NCBI GenBank assembly: GCA_029063895.1
Contig: JAIDNJ010000057.1
Location: 4,896 to 68,895, forward strand
Reading direction: 5' to 3'
Length of the DNA stretch: 64,000 nucleotides
From: Muribaculaceae bacterium
Lineage (GTDB): Bacteria > Bacteroidota > Bacteroidia > Bacteroidales > Muribaculaceae
The translations under genes were made by a program, and so were the position numbers. Shown here piece by piece: positions 20,100 to 29,776 of this stretch. How positions within the stretch are numbered: position 1 is the stretch's first letter; the number at the start of each line of letters is the position of its first letter. Below the pieces are notes generated by a model that was not told where the DNA came from, ran no database searches, and saw only the letters and a program-made list of their open reading frames with translations.

Positions 20100-22571
20100 T
20101 TAATCGAGGGCCTTTTTGGGGTAGAGGGATTCCCACCATGAGTCATCGTCCTGAAGATATTTGGCAAACCAGGCAAAAATAGTGTCTTGCCACTGTTTGC
20201 GTTTCTTGAAGTCGGTCACCTGGTGGTTGGCGTCCTTGACGGCTACAAAGGCGGTTTCGTTGCCGAGGAGTTTGAGAGCGGTATACATCTGGATGCTCTC
20301 GCCGATGGGTACGTTGGTGTCAACGTCGCCGTGGAGAAACAGGATGGGTGTGTGGATTTTGTCGGCATTGTAGAGCGGACTTTGCTTGACATACAGGTCG
20401 GGATGGCTCCAGGGATAACTGTTGGCCATCGAGACTTCGCTATAGGAATAACCCCAGTAACCTTCGCCCCAATAGCTTGTGTGATCGCTGATGCCGGCAT
20501 GTGAAATGGCTGCCGCAAAAAGGTCGGTTTTGGTCTGGAGCCATTGTGTCATGAAGCCGCCATATGATGCACCGATACATCCGATTTTGGCCGGGTCGAC
20601 CCATTGGTTTTCGTTAATAAATTGCTGAACACCCTCGATGATGTCCTCGGCAACTCCCTCACCGGCTGTGTTGACGTGGCGCGAGCCCCATTCCTGACCA
20701 AATCCCGAACATCCGCTCGGGTTGATTGCCAGCACTATATAGCCGTGGGCGGCATAAACCTGATGGGGATAACGGCTGTTGAATATTCGTGCGGTGGGGT
20801 TGCAACCACCGTAGTAATTGACGATTACAGGATATTTGCGCGATGGGTCAAAGTTGGGTGGGAGCACATAGCGGGCATTGATGCTGTCGCCGCGTGAAGT
20901 GACATAGGTCCAGGGAATGCACTCGCCGAGGCCTATTCCGTCAAGTCGTTCTCCGCTCAGGTCTTCGAGCATGTTGTGACGCATGTTTTTGGTGTTGAGC
21001 GAGTATAGGCGGTTGGCGTTGGATGCGCCCATGCCGTAGTAGAGCATGACGGGAGCATTGCCGGCGAGGGAGAACGACGATATGTATTCTTCACCGGCCT
21101 TGAGGTTGTCGATTTTACCGTTGGCAAGGTTGACGCGGTAAAGATTGCGGCGGTCTTTGTCCTCGCCTATAAAGTAGATTGAGTTGTCGTTGCGACTCCA
21201 CTCGATTATCTCGATAGCAGGGTCAAAATCGCGCGTGAGAGGCGTTATTTTGCCCGTGGCGACGTCCATGACGAGCAGCTGGTATTCATACATGTTGGCG
21301 ACCTTGTCGTCGGGCAGATTGCGCCCTATGCCGTTAAGACCGTCGGGCGAGGCCACGATGGCGATTTTTGTTCCGTCGGGCGAGATGCGTGCCGACCCGA
21401 TGAAGCCGTCTTTGTCGATGACCTGACGCGTGGTGTTGTCCTTGAGATCGAGCAGATAGAATGAAGTGAGAGCTGTCGGGCGTTTTTCGAGACGCGATTC
21501 CGACACGCTGTAAAGCAGCTTGGTTCCGTCGTCAGTGATGTTGCAGAGGCTAACGTTACGGTTGCCAAATGTCAGCGGTGTCGACAGTCCGGTTGCCAAA
21601 TCCATTTTCATGAGCGACCCGCGGTTGCGCCATCCGGGCTGACGGTCCTCGGGGTGTATTATCTCATACAAATCGGCGCTTTTTTCTTTGGGGCCTTCCT
21701 GATATTTTGTGTAGACGATAAAATCTTCGGTCGGAGCGATTGTGAAACGTATGGCAGGGAGATTGTCGGCGATAACAGTCTCATTGTTGGTGAGAGGGTC
21801 GACGGTGACGAGCTGACGGTTGCCGCTGAGATTGCGCACGTAGTAGAGCAGTTCGCTCTTGGGCATCCAATGGAGATTTTCATTGAATCGGCCGAGCTTG
21901 CGACCCGTTGTCAGGTCGGTGAGTTCGGTGGTGTGAGTGGTCGCACCCCCGTCGTGGGTATAGACATAGTTGGCGAGCATATATTTTCCGGCGGGTGACA
22001 CTTCTACCGAGCTGTAATCTTTGCCTATGAGAATATCGTCGAGAGTGATGCGTCGCTGCTTGTCGCTGTTGACGGTCAGTAGCTCGGGACGGTCAGTGTC
22101 GACAGTCACGCTGACGGCTTGGTTGGGGTCGGTTCCGTCGGTAAGACACTTGATTGTGATGTCATGTGTGGCCGGTTTGAGTGCGAGAGCATCCCCGTCG
22201 AGCTTCTTGCCGTCGAGATACACTTCATAGTTTTTGATTCCGTCAACATTCAGTTTACCTGTGACATAACGTTCATTGTCAAGCGTGAAGTGGAGCATGT
22301 GAAGAGCAGTGCCGGTTGATTGCAATTTGACAGGCCCGCTGACGGTCTCTCCTTTTCCGGCCGCCGAGAGCGCCAACGGGGTTTTGAGAAGCGAAGCGGT
22401 GTCAAATTTTTTTGAATTGACATCTATACTATCGACCATCACTGGATTATTGATTGAAAACGGGCCTGAATATTTCATCGACGATATATTGATGATTTCA
22501 GCCTGTGAGGCCAGCGACAATGCACCTGCCATTGCCAGCGGTATGAGACGTCGGGATATCTTTTGGTTCAT
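20100..22571 (-). CDS. S9 family serine peptidase (prolyl oligopeptidase/DPP-like) with N-terminal beta-propeller region
   Basis: A signal peptide is present. The nucleophile motif is GASYGG, with a C-terminal HGDVDTNVP Asp region. A TAACTTTG box lies at 22616-22623 on the minus strand. Confidence 0.9.
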   Translation of the reverse strand: MNQKISRRLIPLAMAGALSLASQAEIINISSMKYSGPFSINNPVMVDSIDVNSKKFDTASLLKTPLALSAAGKGETVSGPVKLQSTGTALHMLHFTLDNERYVTGKLNVDGIKNYEVYLDGKKLDGDALALKPATHDITIKCLTDGTDPNQAVSVTVDTDRPELLTVNSDKQRRITLDDILIGKDYSSVEVSPAGKYMLANYVYTHDGGATTHTTELTDLTTGRKLGRFNENLHWMPKSELLYYVRNLSGNRQLVTVDPLTNNETVIADNLPAIRFTIAPTEDFIVYTKYQEGPKEKSADLYEIIHPEDRQPGWRNRGSLMKMDLATGLSTPLTFGNRNVSLCNITDDGTKLLYSVSESRLEKRPTALTSFYLLDLKDNTTRQVIDKDGFIGSARISPDGTKIAIVASPDGLNGIGRNLPDDKVANMYEYQLLVMDVATGKITPLTRDFDPAIEIIEWSRNDNSIYFIGEDKDRRNLYRVNLANGKIDNLKAGEEYISSFSLAGNAPVMLYYGMGASNANRLYSLNTKNMRHNMLEDLSGERLDGIGLGECIPWTYVTSRGDSINARYVLPPNFDPSRKYPVIVNYYGGCNPTARIFNSRYPHQVYAAHGYIVLAINPSGCSGFGQEWGSRHVNTAGEGVAEDIIEGVQQFINENQWVDPAKIGCIGASYGGFMTQWLQTKTDLFAAAISHAGISDHTSYWGEGYWGYSYSEVSMANSYPWSHPDLYVKQSPLYNADKIHTPILFLHGDVDTNVPIGESIQMYTALKLLGNETAFVAVKDANHQVTDFKKRKQWQDTIFAWFAKYLQDDDSWWESLYPKKALD

Positions 22572-22754
22572 TTTTAAAATGTCTGCGTAATAATTGATTT
22601 AAATTTAAGTGTTTACAAAGTTACGCATAAAAAACAAGATAGCGAAGGAAGTAGGAGATAAAAAAATCACTTATAAAATTGAAATTTTTAATGCTGTATC
22701 GCTGAATGATACACCATCGCTCTAATTTTGCAGCGTAACTTAAAAAACATCAAA

Positions 22755-23270
22755 ATGGAACCTATCACAAAAAATGAATTTCTCAACTCAGTTCTTGAAG
22801 CCGAAGCATGGAAAGAGATTTCTCAGTCAGAATCGCTCAGCATGGATATGCTTGAAAAATATGTCGATAAACTCGATTGGGATGAAGTTAGCGGCAATAC
22901 AAAAGTGCTTTGGACAATCGACGGTATCAACAAATTTATCAATCGCATTGATTGGGACGAGTTCTCGCGCAGTTGTTCCGATCACCTCATTTGTGAGTCG
23001 GTACTCATGAAATTTTCCAATCGATGGGATTGGAAAGCGCTCTCCAATCGAGATTGTTTCTACAATAACTGGAGCCTCCTCGAAAAATTTACCGACAAAG
23101 CCGATTGGTCAGAAATCATCACAAATTGGAGCATCGAGAAGCCACTTGAATTTTTCGCACGATTCCAGCAATACATCCCCATGTCAAAGCTCCAGGACTC
23201 TCGCCTATGGAACGAAATGGTCGAGGCGCGTGCCAAAAGCATTATGCAGGAAGCTGTGGGGATAAGGTGA
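22755..23270 (+). CDS. Hypothetical tandem-repeat protein (about 5 repeats of a DW-x2-(L/V/F/I)S motif)
   Basis: The repeats are KLDWDEVS, RIDWDEFS, RWDWKALS and KADWSEII, spaced about 25-31 aa apart. ATG at 22755 is preferred over the TTG track start at 22728. Confidence 0.5.
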   Translation: MEPITKNEFLNSVLEAEAWKEISQSESLSMDMLEKYVDKLDWDEVSGNTKVLWTIDGINKFINRIDWDEFSRSCSDHLICESVLMKFSNRWDWKALSNRDCFYNNWSLLEKFTDKADWSEIITNWSIEKPLEFFARFQQYIPMSKLQDSRLWNEMVEARAKSIMQEAVGIR

Positions 23271-23424
23271 AAATGGGTATACCAATCAGTATCATAGTAG
23301 TGTATTAATTTTGCATTTGAAGTGGTTGCTAAACTTAGCATTCGATTTCAGGTGTATTACTGCTCATATTATTGAAATCTATCAACTTAGAAGACCTAAA
23401 TTTGCGAACCCTAAAAAATATTAG

Positions 23425-23432
23425 TAAATTTG
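23425..23432 (+). promoter_or_regulatory. Candidate -7 promoter box (TAAATTTG) for the DUF262 gene pair
   Basis: Matches TAnnTTTG. A second identical box lies at 23397-23404, and a TAATTTTG box lies at 23306-23313. Confidence 0.3.
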
Positions 23433-23520
23433 TGCCATAAACCAACTTAGTAAAATTTAATAAGATAAAGGCTTGTGCTTGCTTAAGGCTACAATCTAAA
23501 TGATTTAATACCCTTTTATC

Positions 23521-25512
23521 GTGGAATCTACAAAAAGTGAAAATTTAATAGAGCAAAAAGCCATTGGAGACTTACTATGTGGCTATGAGTTCCATATTCC
23601 TCCTTATCAGAGAGGTTATCGCTGGACAAAACAGCAAGTGGTAGATCTTTGTAACGACTTGTTGGAATATGCTCTTAGGCCGTTATCGGATATAGCGGAT
23701 ACAAAAACTTTTTACAGTCTTCAACCTTTGGTTGTAAAATATCGTAATGAGAAGTCATTTGACGTAATCGATGGACAGCAGCGACTGACCACAATCTACA
23801 TATTGTTTCGCTTCTTGATGGCTGAATTGGGACCAACACCTGATAGGTTAAAACGTATACAACGAGATGTAAACCTCTATTCAATTATCTATGAAACTCG
23901 TAAAGATGATACTGATTTTATTGCAGATTTAGGTTCTTATGGCTGGGAAGAACGACTTAGTGCGTGGGCAATGGATATTGATATAGCTCATATTTATAAT
24001 GCATATCAATATATGAAAGAATGGCTATATCCTAAGGATGAGAATGAAAGATATTCAAGTGTAGCTACTTGTAGACGATTTATAAAAGAGGGAATGGACT
24101 CATATGAGATTGCACTTAAACTCCTGACTCTTCTAAAAAATAAAAAGGACACTACAAAACCCGAGGGAAATGCACAGTTTATTTGGTATCAATTATCCTC
24201 AGATAAAGATGCTATAGAAGAGTTTATTGTTGAGAATAAGGGAAAAATAGGTCTCAGCGATACTGAAAGAATCCGAGCTTTGTTCTTATATCGAGAAGAT
24301 AAAAACAATGAGGTCGATGTGGCTCAACAAATAAGCATTGCTAAGGATTGGGATGAGATAGAGACAACACTTCAAGATTCAGGATTTTGGTCTTTTATTA
24401 GTTCCGAAAATTTGGAAGAGGGTAGAATATCTCTATTATTTCAGTATATTAATAATATAGATACTCTTAAAGATAAAAAAGTATCCAGTGATCTATATCG
24501 ATTTTACGAGCAGAAGTTTGCAGAAAAAGAAGGGAATGTAGCTATGAGGGAATGGGAAAGAATTCTCGAAGCTTTTCGAATGCTAAAAAACTGGTATAAG
24601 GATGCGTATTTGTTTAATATAATAGGTCTTCTCACACGGGAAGGTATTAGTCTAAATGATATTGCACATATCTACTATAGCCAAGATGTAAAAACAACGG
24701 CACAGTTTGTTATAGAACTTAACAAAATTGTTAACAGAAAATGTCTTCCCCGGTTAGGATCAGAAGTTAAGGAAGGTGAAGAATCTCACATAAAGACCGG
24801 TCAGAATGATAAATTTGGATTTAAATTTGGAGAGCTCCATCTTAACCTCAATTTTAATGACCATAAAGATAAAATTCGTTCATTGCTTTTGTTTTTAAAT
24901 ATTCTGGTTTTAAATGAGCAAATTGAGAATCATAGAAAGAATGATATGGCCTATAGTGGTAATGAGTATCGTTTTGCGTTTGATTTGTTTGACAAAGAGA
25001 CGTGGGATGTCGAGCATATAGATTCGGCAACCACCAATCAACTTAAATCAGAGTCCACAAGAGCAATGTGGATACATAATGCTGATGCGGCTATAAAGCA
25101 TTTTTACAAGAAAGACTACCCTGCTTTTTTGGTAGTAAAGGAAAAATACGAGTCAGGAGAAACAAACTTTGAGACTCTCCACAAAAAAGTTATTGAGTTA
25201 ACGGATATCGAATCATCCGATGAGGAAATGAAGAATTGGATAGGGAATCTAACACTTCTTAACGCCAATATAAATCGTGGATATGGAAATGATATTTTTG
25301 CTGCTAAATGTATGAAGATTGACGAAAAGGTTAACGCTGGTGCGTTTGTTCCGGTATGTACACGCATGGTGTTTTATAAGGCAATACCAAATAATGAAAA
25401 TTCAGCAAGCCACCTCGAATGGAATTTCACCGACAAGAAAGCATATCATGATTGGATGCTGAAAAAGATTATGGATTTCAAAAAAAGATTCCCACTCAAA
25501 ATAGAATACTAA
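23521..25512 (+). CDS. GmrSD-like type IV restriction-type protein (N-terminal DUF262, C-terminal DUF1524 His-Me finger)
   Basis: The DUF262 motifs are IPPYQRGYRW and DGQQRLTT (23770-23793). The DUF1524-like region is WDVEHID ... GNLTLLNANINRGYGN (25012-25290). The apparent start is GTG. Confidence 0.8.
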   Translation: MESTKSENLIEQKAIGDLLCGYEFHIPPYQRGYRWTKQQVVDLCNDLLEYALRPLSDIADTKTFYSLQPLVVKYRNEKSFDVIDGQQRLTTIYILFRFLMAELGPTPDRLKRIQRDVNLYSIIYETRKDDTDFIADLGSYGWEERLSAWAMDIDIAHIYNAYQYMKEWLYPKDENERYSSVATCRRFIKEGMDSYEIALKLLTLLKNKKDTTKPEGNAQFIWYQLSSDKDAIEEFIVENKGKIGLSDTERIRALFLYREDKNNEVDVAQQISIAKDWDEIETTLQDSGFWSFISSENLEEGRISLLFQYINNIDTLKDKKVSSDLYRFYEQKFAEKEGNVAMREWERILEAFRMLKNWYKDAYLFNIIGLLTREGISLNDIAHIYYSQDVKTTAQFVIELNKIVNRKCLPRLGSEVKEGEESHIKTGQNDKFGFKFGELHLNLNFNDHKDKIRSLLLFLNILVLNEQIENHRKNDMAYSGNEYRFAFDLFDKETWDVEHIDSATTNQLKSESTRAMWIHNADAAIKHFYKKDYPAFLVVKEKYESGETNFETLHKKVIELTDIESSDEEMKNWIGNLTLLNANINRGYGNDIFAAKCMKIDEKVNAGAFVPVCTRMVFYKAIPNNENSASHLEWNFTDKKAYHDWMLKKIMDFKKRFPLKIEY

Positions 25513-25513
25513 A

Positions 25514-28144
25514 ATGAGTATATCAAAATTACATACATTAGAGAAACTCCTGTCTGATGGAGTCGATATTTCGGTCAACGATAATGAGGATAGAAATTAT
25601 CCGATTGCTGGCATCCTTATTCCTCGCATACAGCGCCCCTATGCTCAGGGACGCAGAAACAAGAATATTAGTGATATTCGTCGTAATTTTGTCGAGAATC
25701 TGTTGTCTGCAGTGTCATCAGAGGAAGCGTGTACACTTGAACTCAGTTTTATTTTCGGTTCATTGCAAAAAGTTAACTGGGATAATTCAAGACGTATTAA
25801 TGAAGCCCTTGAACTTCTTGATGGTCAGCAGCGACTTACTACGCTCTTTCTTCTCCATTGGTATCTTTACAAAAAAGAGAGTTCAAAAGACTTACCAGAA
25901 TGGTTATCTCGATTCCGATATGAGACGAGAGATTCTTCTACAACATTTTTATTGAAAATTACAGATAATTCAATCGAGATTGACTTGAATGAGATTGTAA
26001 AGGGGAACGATACCAAATCAGAGGATATAATAAAACCATCCGAGGCTATTACACGCCTTATATGGTTCAATAATGATTTCCGTTGTGACACTACTGTAAT
26101 GTCGATGCTGTGTATGCTGGATGAAATCGATTCACAATATAAAGATCTTGATAAAAAGGGTAAGACTCAAGGGCGTATGCTTCATAAGAATCTGGGACGG
26201 ATACAATTCTATATCAGATTACTTCTTAAATTTGACATGTCTGATTTACTGTTTATTAAAATGAACAGTAGGGGATTGCCTCTCGTACCTTTTGAAAATT
26301 TCAAGGCGGATGTGATGAAATATATGGAGAAGGCTAAGACATATGACGAGTTAGTGTATGTAATTAATGACAATCCATCTCCTTTTCATTTTTATTTTGC
26401 ATCTCAAGTTGACACTAAATGGGTGTATATTTTCTGGGACCGACCTGCTATTCCTATCAAAGGGTCGATAATAGAACTTGATGATAAACGTACAGGTGCG
26501 CGCTTTTTTCGTTTTTTTAACCGGATGCTTTTCACGAAACTTGCGGTAGACTATGCTGAAACTGAAGATTCTACTGAAATGGAAGAATTGGAATCTGCAT
26601 GTGAATTCTTTCGTACCATCCCAGAAATCTCCATGAATGAGCATTTAACAGATTGGAACACTAAATACTTGCCTGCGATTTCCCGTTGGAATGGAGGTGA
26701 GGACTATTTCCGTCAAAGCGCTAAAGTTCTAAATGTTCTATCCGACAATTATACCATGGGAATTAAATTGAGAGATGCAATTAGGAAATCACCATTCATA
26801 TCGACGTCTAAATTTGATATATTTTCAAAAGCCAATGATGCTAACGGGACTTTTACTTATGCTCATAGAGCATTTTTATCCGTAATCATTGACTTTATTA
26901 TACAGATACCAGAAGAATATACTATTACATCTTCGATTGTTGCAAACAACCTCAGAAAATTGATTCGTGTGCTTCATAATGTAATAGAGTATACAGAAAT
27001 AGATAAACAAAATATCCTTGATTTTATCAAGGCTTTTCATAAAATACTCCTCTCCATTGAAGTGCAATCTGGAGATTTTTATTGTGCTATCGCAAAATAT
27101 GATGGCAACTTTGAGTGGATTAAGGCAGAAGCTGCAAAGGCTAAAGATATTTGTCGGGATGGTAGGTTTGAAGCAGTGATGGTCCGTGCTGAAGAACATC
27201 CGATTCTCCGCGGTCGCATTACCCCAATATACAAACAAGGAGAAATGACAGTAGAGCAACTTTCAGAGTACGTTGATGAATTATTTCGAATATTCCCTGT
27301 TGATAAAAAAGGAATATGTTTGGGTATCTCTAATGACTACGCTCTGGAAGACTCTCATCTGTTGATTCGCGCCATGATGAGTTGTCTTACGAGCTGGGAT
27401 AAGCTTGTTGGAACTTATGTCACAGAACGAGGTTTTGTCATACGAGGGGGAGAACCAGTCAATAGCCAGTATCTGTCAAATATTCTATTAGGGAAGGGTA
27501 GGGCTGAGAGTCTGTTTCAAAGGTACTTTTTTGAATATTTTGGTAAAAAGGATTTTGGTAAATATCTTGTTGAAGTAATTGAAAATGCTGGTACTCATGA
27601 AATAGATGACGAAAGAACAAGAGATGTTTACAACAGATTGGTGACCGAATCAGACTCATGCAAACTTTATAACTGGATAAAAAGCCGAGAGAAAGATCGC
27701 CCGGATAAAGAGCCCGTTGTTAGATGGCTTAGAGATGCGGGAATTCTCAATTATGACGGTACTAATTATGACCGTCTGGTATTAACTACACCTCGTCGAT
27801 ATGTTATTCCTGCTATAATCCACATAACAGGAGCGCACTTTGAAGATAAAAGTCAAGAAGGACATGTACAGAGATTTGGGGAATATTTTGCTTATGATGT
27901 GAGTGTTGTTAAAGATATTAAAACTAATATGGGACTTGATATAACAATTAAAGCAACGTTTTATCCAAATGGTTTGTGCAAAGTTTATGTGAAGTCAACA
28001 TCTCAGGAAGTTCACAACGCGCTTAAAACTGACCATAATAAGGATGAGAGTTCTTATTGGCATTCTTATAAAGATGAGTCATCCGCACAAGTGATTGGTC
28101 AAAAGATAAATGATTGGGCAGCCCTGTTGCAAACTGGATGTTAG
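25514..28144 (+). CDS. DUF262 domain protein with a long uncharacterised C-terminal region
   Basis: The DUF262 motifs are IPRIQRPYAQG and DGQQRLTT (25820-25843). The gene starts 1 nt after the upstream stop. I recognise no clear catalytic motif in the remaining roughly 600 aa. Confidence 0.7.
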   Translation: MSISKLHTLEKLLSDGVDISVNDNEDRNYPIAGILIPRIQRPYAQGRRNKNISDIRRNFVENLLSAVSSEEACTLELSFIFGSLQKVNWDNSRRINEALELLDGQQRLTTLFLLHWYLYKKESSKDLPEWLSRFRYETRDSSTTFLLKITDNSIEIDLNEIVKGNDTKSEDIIKPSEAITRLIWFNNDFRCDTTVMSMLCMLDEIDSQYKDLDKKGKTQGRMLHKNLGRIQFYIRLLLKFDMSDLLFIKMNSRGLPLVPFENFKADVMKYMEKAKTYDELVYVINDNPSPFHFYFASQVDTKWVYIFWDRPAIPIKGSIIELDDKRTGARFFRFFNRMLFTKLAVDYAETEDSTEMEELESACEFFRTIPEISMNEHLTDWNTKYLPAISRWNGGEDYFRQSAKVLNVLSDNYTMGIKLRDAIRKSPFISTSKFDIFSKANDANGTFTYAHRAFLSVIIDFIIQIPEEYTITSSIVANNLRKLIRVLHNVIEYTEIDKQNILDFIKAFHKILLSIEVQSGDFYCAIAKYDGNFEWIKAEAAKAKDICRDGRFEAVMVRAEEHPILRGRITPIYKQGEMTVEQLSEYVDELFRIFPVDKKGICLGISNDYALEDSHLLIRAMMSCLTSWDKLVGTYVTERGFVIRGGEPVNSQYLSNILLGKGRAESLFQRYFFEYFGKKDFGKYLVEVIENAGTHEIDDERTRDVYNRLVTESDSCKLYNWIKSREKDRPDKEPVVRWLRDAGILNYDGTNYDRLVLTTPRRYVIPAIIHITGAHFEDKSQEGHVQRFGEYFAYDVSVVKDIKTNMGLDITIKATFYPNGLCKVYVKSTSQEVHNALKTDHNKDESSYWHSYKDESSAQVIGQKINDWAALLQTGC

Positions 28145-28191
28145 TATACTATTCCAACTATAGACAAAACAGAGAAATATTGTTTTCAGAT

Positions 28192-28722
28192 CTATCTTAC
28201 CGGGTCCCCGCAATACTGTCGTCTTCCGCACTTGGGGCAGTGCTCTCCGCGCCACACGCTGTCAAACTGCTCCATTGCGGCCTCGACGAGGGTAGGTTCG
28301 TTGGTAAGGATTCCAGCCTCAAAGTTACGGCGCGTGCTGCTCTTCATACCTATACCGGCGCCGGTCAGATTGGCCGAGCCGATGTAGGCAGTTTCATAGT
28401 CAAAGATGAGCATCTTGAAGTGGACACGCGGGCACAGCATCCGTTCCAACGAGGTTCTCAGGGCCGGGTAGCGGTCAAAATCCTCCTGGAAAGCCGGTCC
28501 CGGCTCCTTGGCGTGTATAAGCCGTACTTCAATCCCGCGTTTCAATAAACGTGCAATAACCCCGAGAAACGGTTCGGTCGAGCTCCCCGCTTTCACATGC
28601 AGGTCTTTGATGTCGGCAGTGCCAATCCAGAGCGACTTTCGTACACCGGCTACTCTGGAAAGCACTTCGTTATAGTGATCATCATTCGTAATAAAACGGA
28701 TGAAAGGGGGATTGTTATTCAT
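28192..28722 (-). CDS. Phospholipase D-family (single HKD) nuclease, Nuc-like
   Basis: A canonical HxKx4Dx6GSxN motif, HFKMLIFDYETAYIGSAN, lies at 28369-28422. The C-terminus HCPKCGRRQYC is a possible zinc knuckle. Confidence 0.85.
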   Translation of the reverse strand: MNNNPPFIRFITNDDHYNEVLSRVAGVRKSLWIGTADIKDLHVKAGSSTEPFLGVIARLLKRGIEVRLIHAKEPGPAFQEDFDRYPALRTSLERMLCPRVHFKMLIFDYETAYIGSANLTGAGIGMKSSTRRNFEAGILTNEPTLVEAAMEQFDSVWRGEHCPKCGRRQYCGDPVR

Positions 28723-29776
28723 ATTCTATATAATGTTTTATGTCGCGCTCGGCTTGTAGAAAACGGTTGGCGGTGTGAAGTATTATACTTCGGGCGCCGT
28801 CATCGTGAGCCAAAAGATCAGTGTGGGTGGCAAACTCTGTCAGCATATTGAATACTGTCCAGACGTTTAGGTCAGTCTTGACCAATTTTGCTTGTTTCTT
28901 AATGTCAACACCACGAGTGCTGAAATAGTTCTCATATTTTCGTGTTGGCAAAAAGGAATCAACAGTTTCGGCCGACATATTCGTTTGGTGTCCCGTCAAC
29001 TCTCGACTGATACTTTGCAATTCAAATAGAGAGCATGTGGTATTCATGGCTTCCAAAGCCTTTTCTTCATAGGTCCGGAATCCGATTTTAGGCAACTGAC
29101 GACTTTTGGCCAGTTCAATCATGCGATGCACTTCTGACGGATTAAATGAATAAAGTTTCGTTTGCTGTTTCTTCACAGTCGCCACCGCTCCATTTGTACA
29201 TACAAGACGTGTATAGAAGTTGCCAAGCTCAATCTCGTCGCCGGTCCAATGAAGATAGGCACCATCGGTTATCGTGTCCTCTCCTGGCGCAAACTGCTGT
29301 ATGGTTGGAGTCCGGCTTTGCATGTATATCATGATGTCAAACAGTCCGTTGCTGCGAACGTCCATTTTCTCAAGTTCATAACGGGCATCTTCCATAAACA
29401 GTTGGGCAAAGTCAAAAAATTGTTGAGGAGGGATGAACTCCTGTTTTGGAATTAAAATGTTAACAATATGTCTTGTTTCAGGGGATGCGATGATAACCAC
29501 ATCCTTATTGTTGGCAAGACTGTTGGCATCAGAAAGGAAGTTTCGGAAATTAACCTGTCCGACATCACCCGAGGCGTTTCTCACCATGTTGAGTTGAGCT
29601 CGGCTTGTACCAATTTGTCGATTAAGTGACTCAATCACCGATGGTTCGAAAACAAGATCCATACCGTTGAGGTCAAACAACGGTCCGTCGATTTGTCTAA
29701 GGTCGCCCAATGCGACTTTTTTGTGCGGAAATAGCTGCTGTTCTATTTTAGCAGATTGGGAAATGAAATTTGGCAT
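28715..29776 (-). CDS. DUF932-like (phage/plasmid-type) protein
   Basis: RLVCTNG (29189-29209), preceded by TDGAYLHW, resembles the DUF932 RxxCxNG core as I recall it. The start overlaps the upstream stop (TAATG) and the end overlaps the PLD gene by 8 nt. Confidence 0.55.
   Translation of the reverse strand: MPNFISQSAKIEQQLFPHKKVALGDLRQIDGPLFDLNGMDLVFEPSVIESLNRQIGTSRAQLNMVRNASGDVGQVNFRNFLSDANSLANNKDVVIIASPETRHIVNILIPKQEFIPPQQFFDFAQLFMEDARYELEKMDVRSNGLFDIMIYMQSRTPTIQQFAPGEDTITDGAYLHWTGDEIELGNFYTRLVCTNGAVATVKKQQTKLYSFNPSEVHRMIELAKSRQLPKIGFRTYEEKALEAMNTTCSLFELQSISRELTGHQTNMSAETVDSFLPTRKYENYFSTRGVDIKKQAKLVKTDLNVWTVFNMLTEFATHTDLLAHDDGARSIILHTANRFLQAERDIKHYIEYE

Noticed and set aside
28166-28186. 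A weak AT-rich hairpin (AAAACA...TGTTTT) between the convergent DUF262 and PLD genes, considered as a possible bidirectional terminator.
   Set aside because: The stem is only 6 bp of A/T-rich sequence with a 9-nt loop. That is too weak to call from sequence alone.
28114-28548. A 144-aa plus-strand ORF overlapping the end of the second DUF262 gene and the PLD nuclease gene.
   Set aside because: It is antisense to a gene with a perfect HKD motif. Its translation has no recognisable features.
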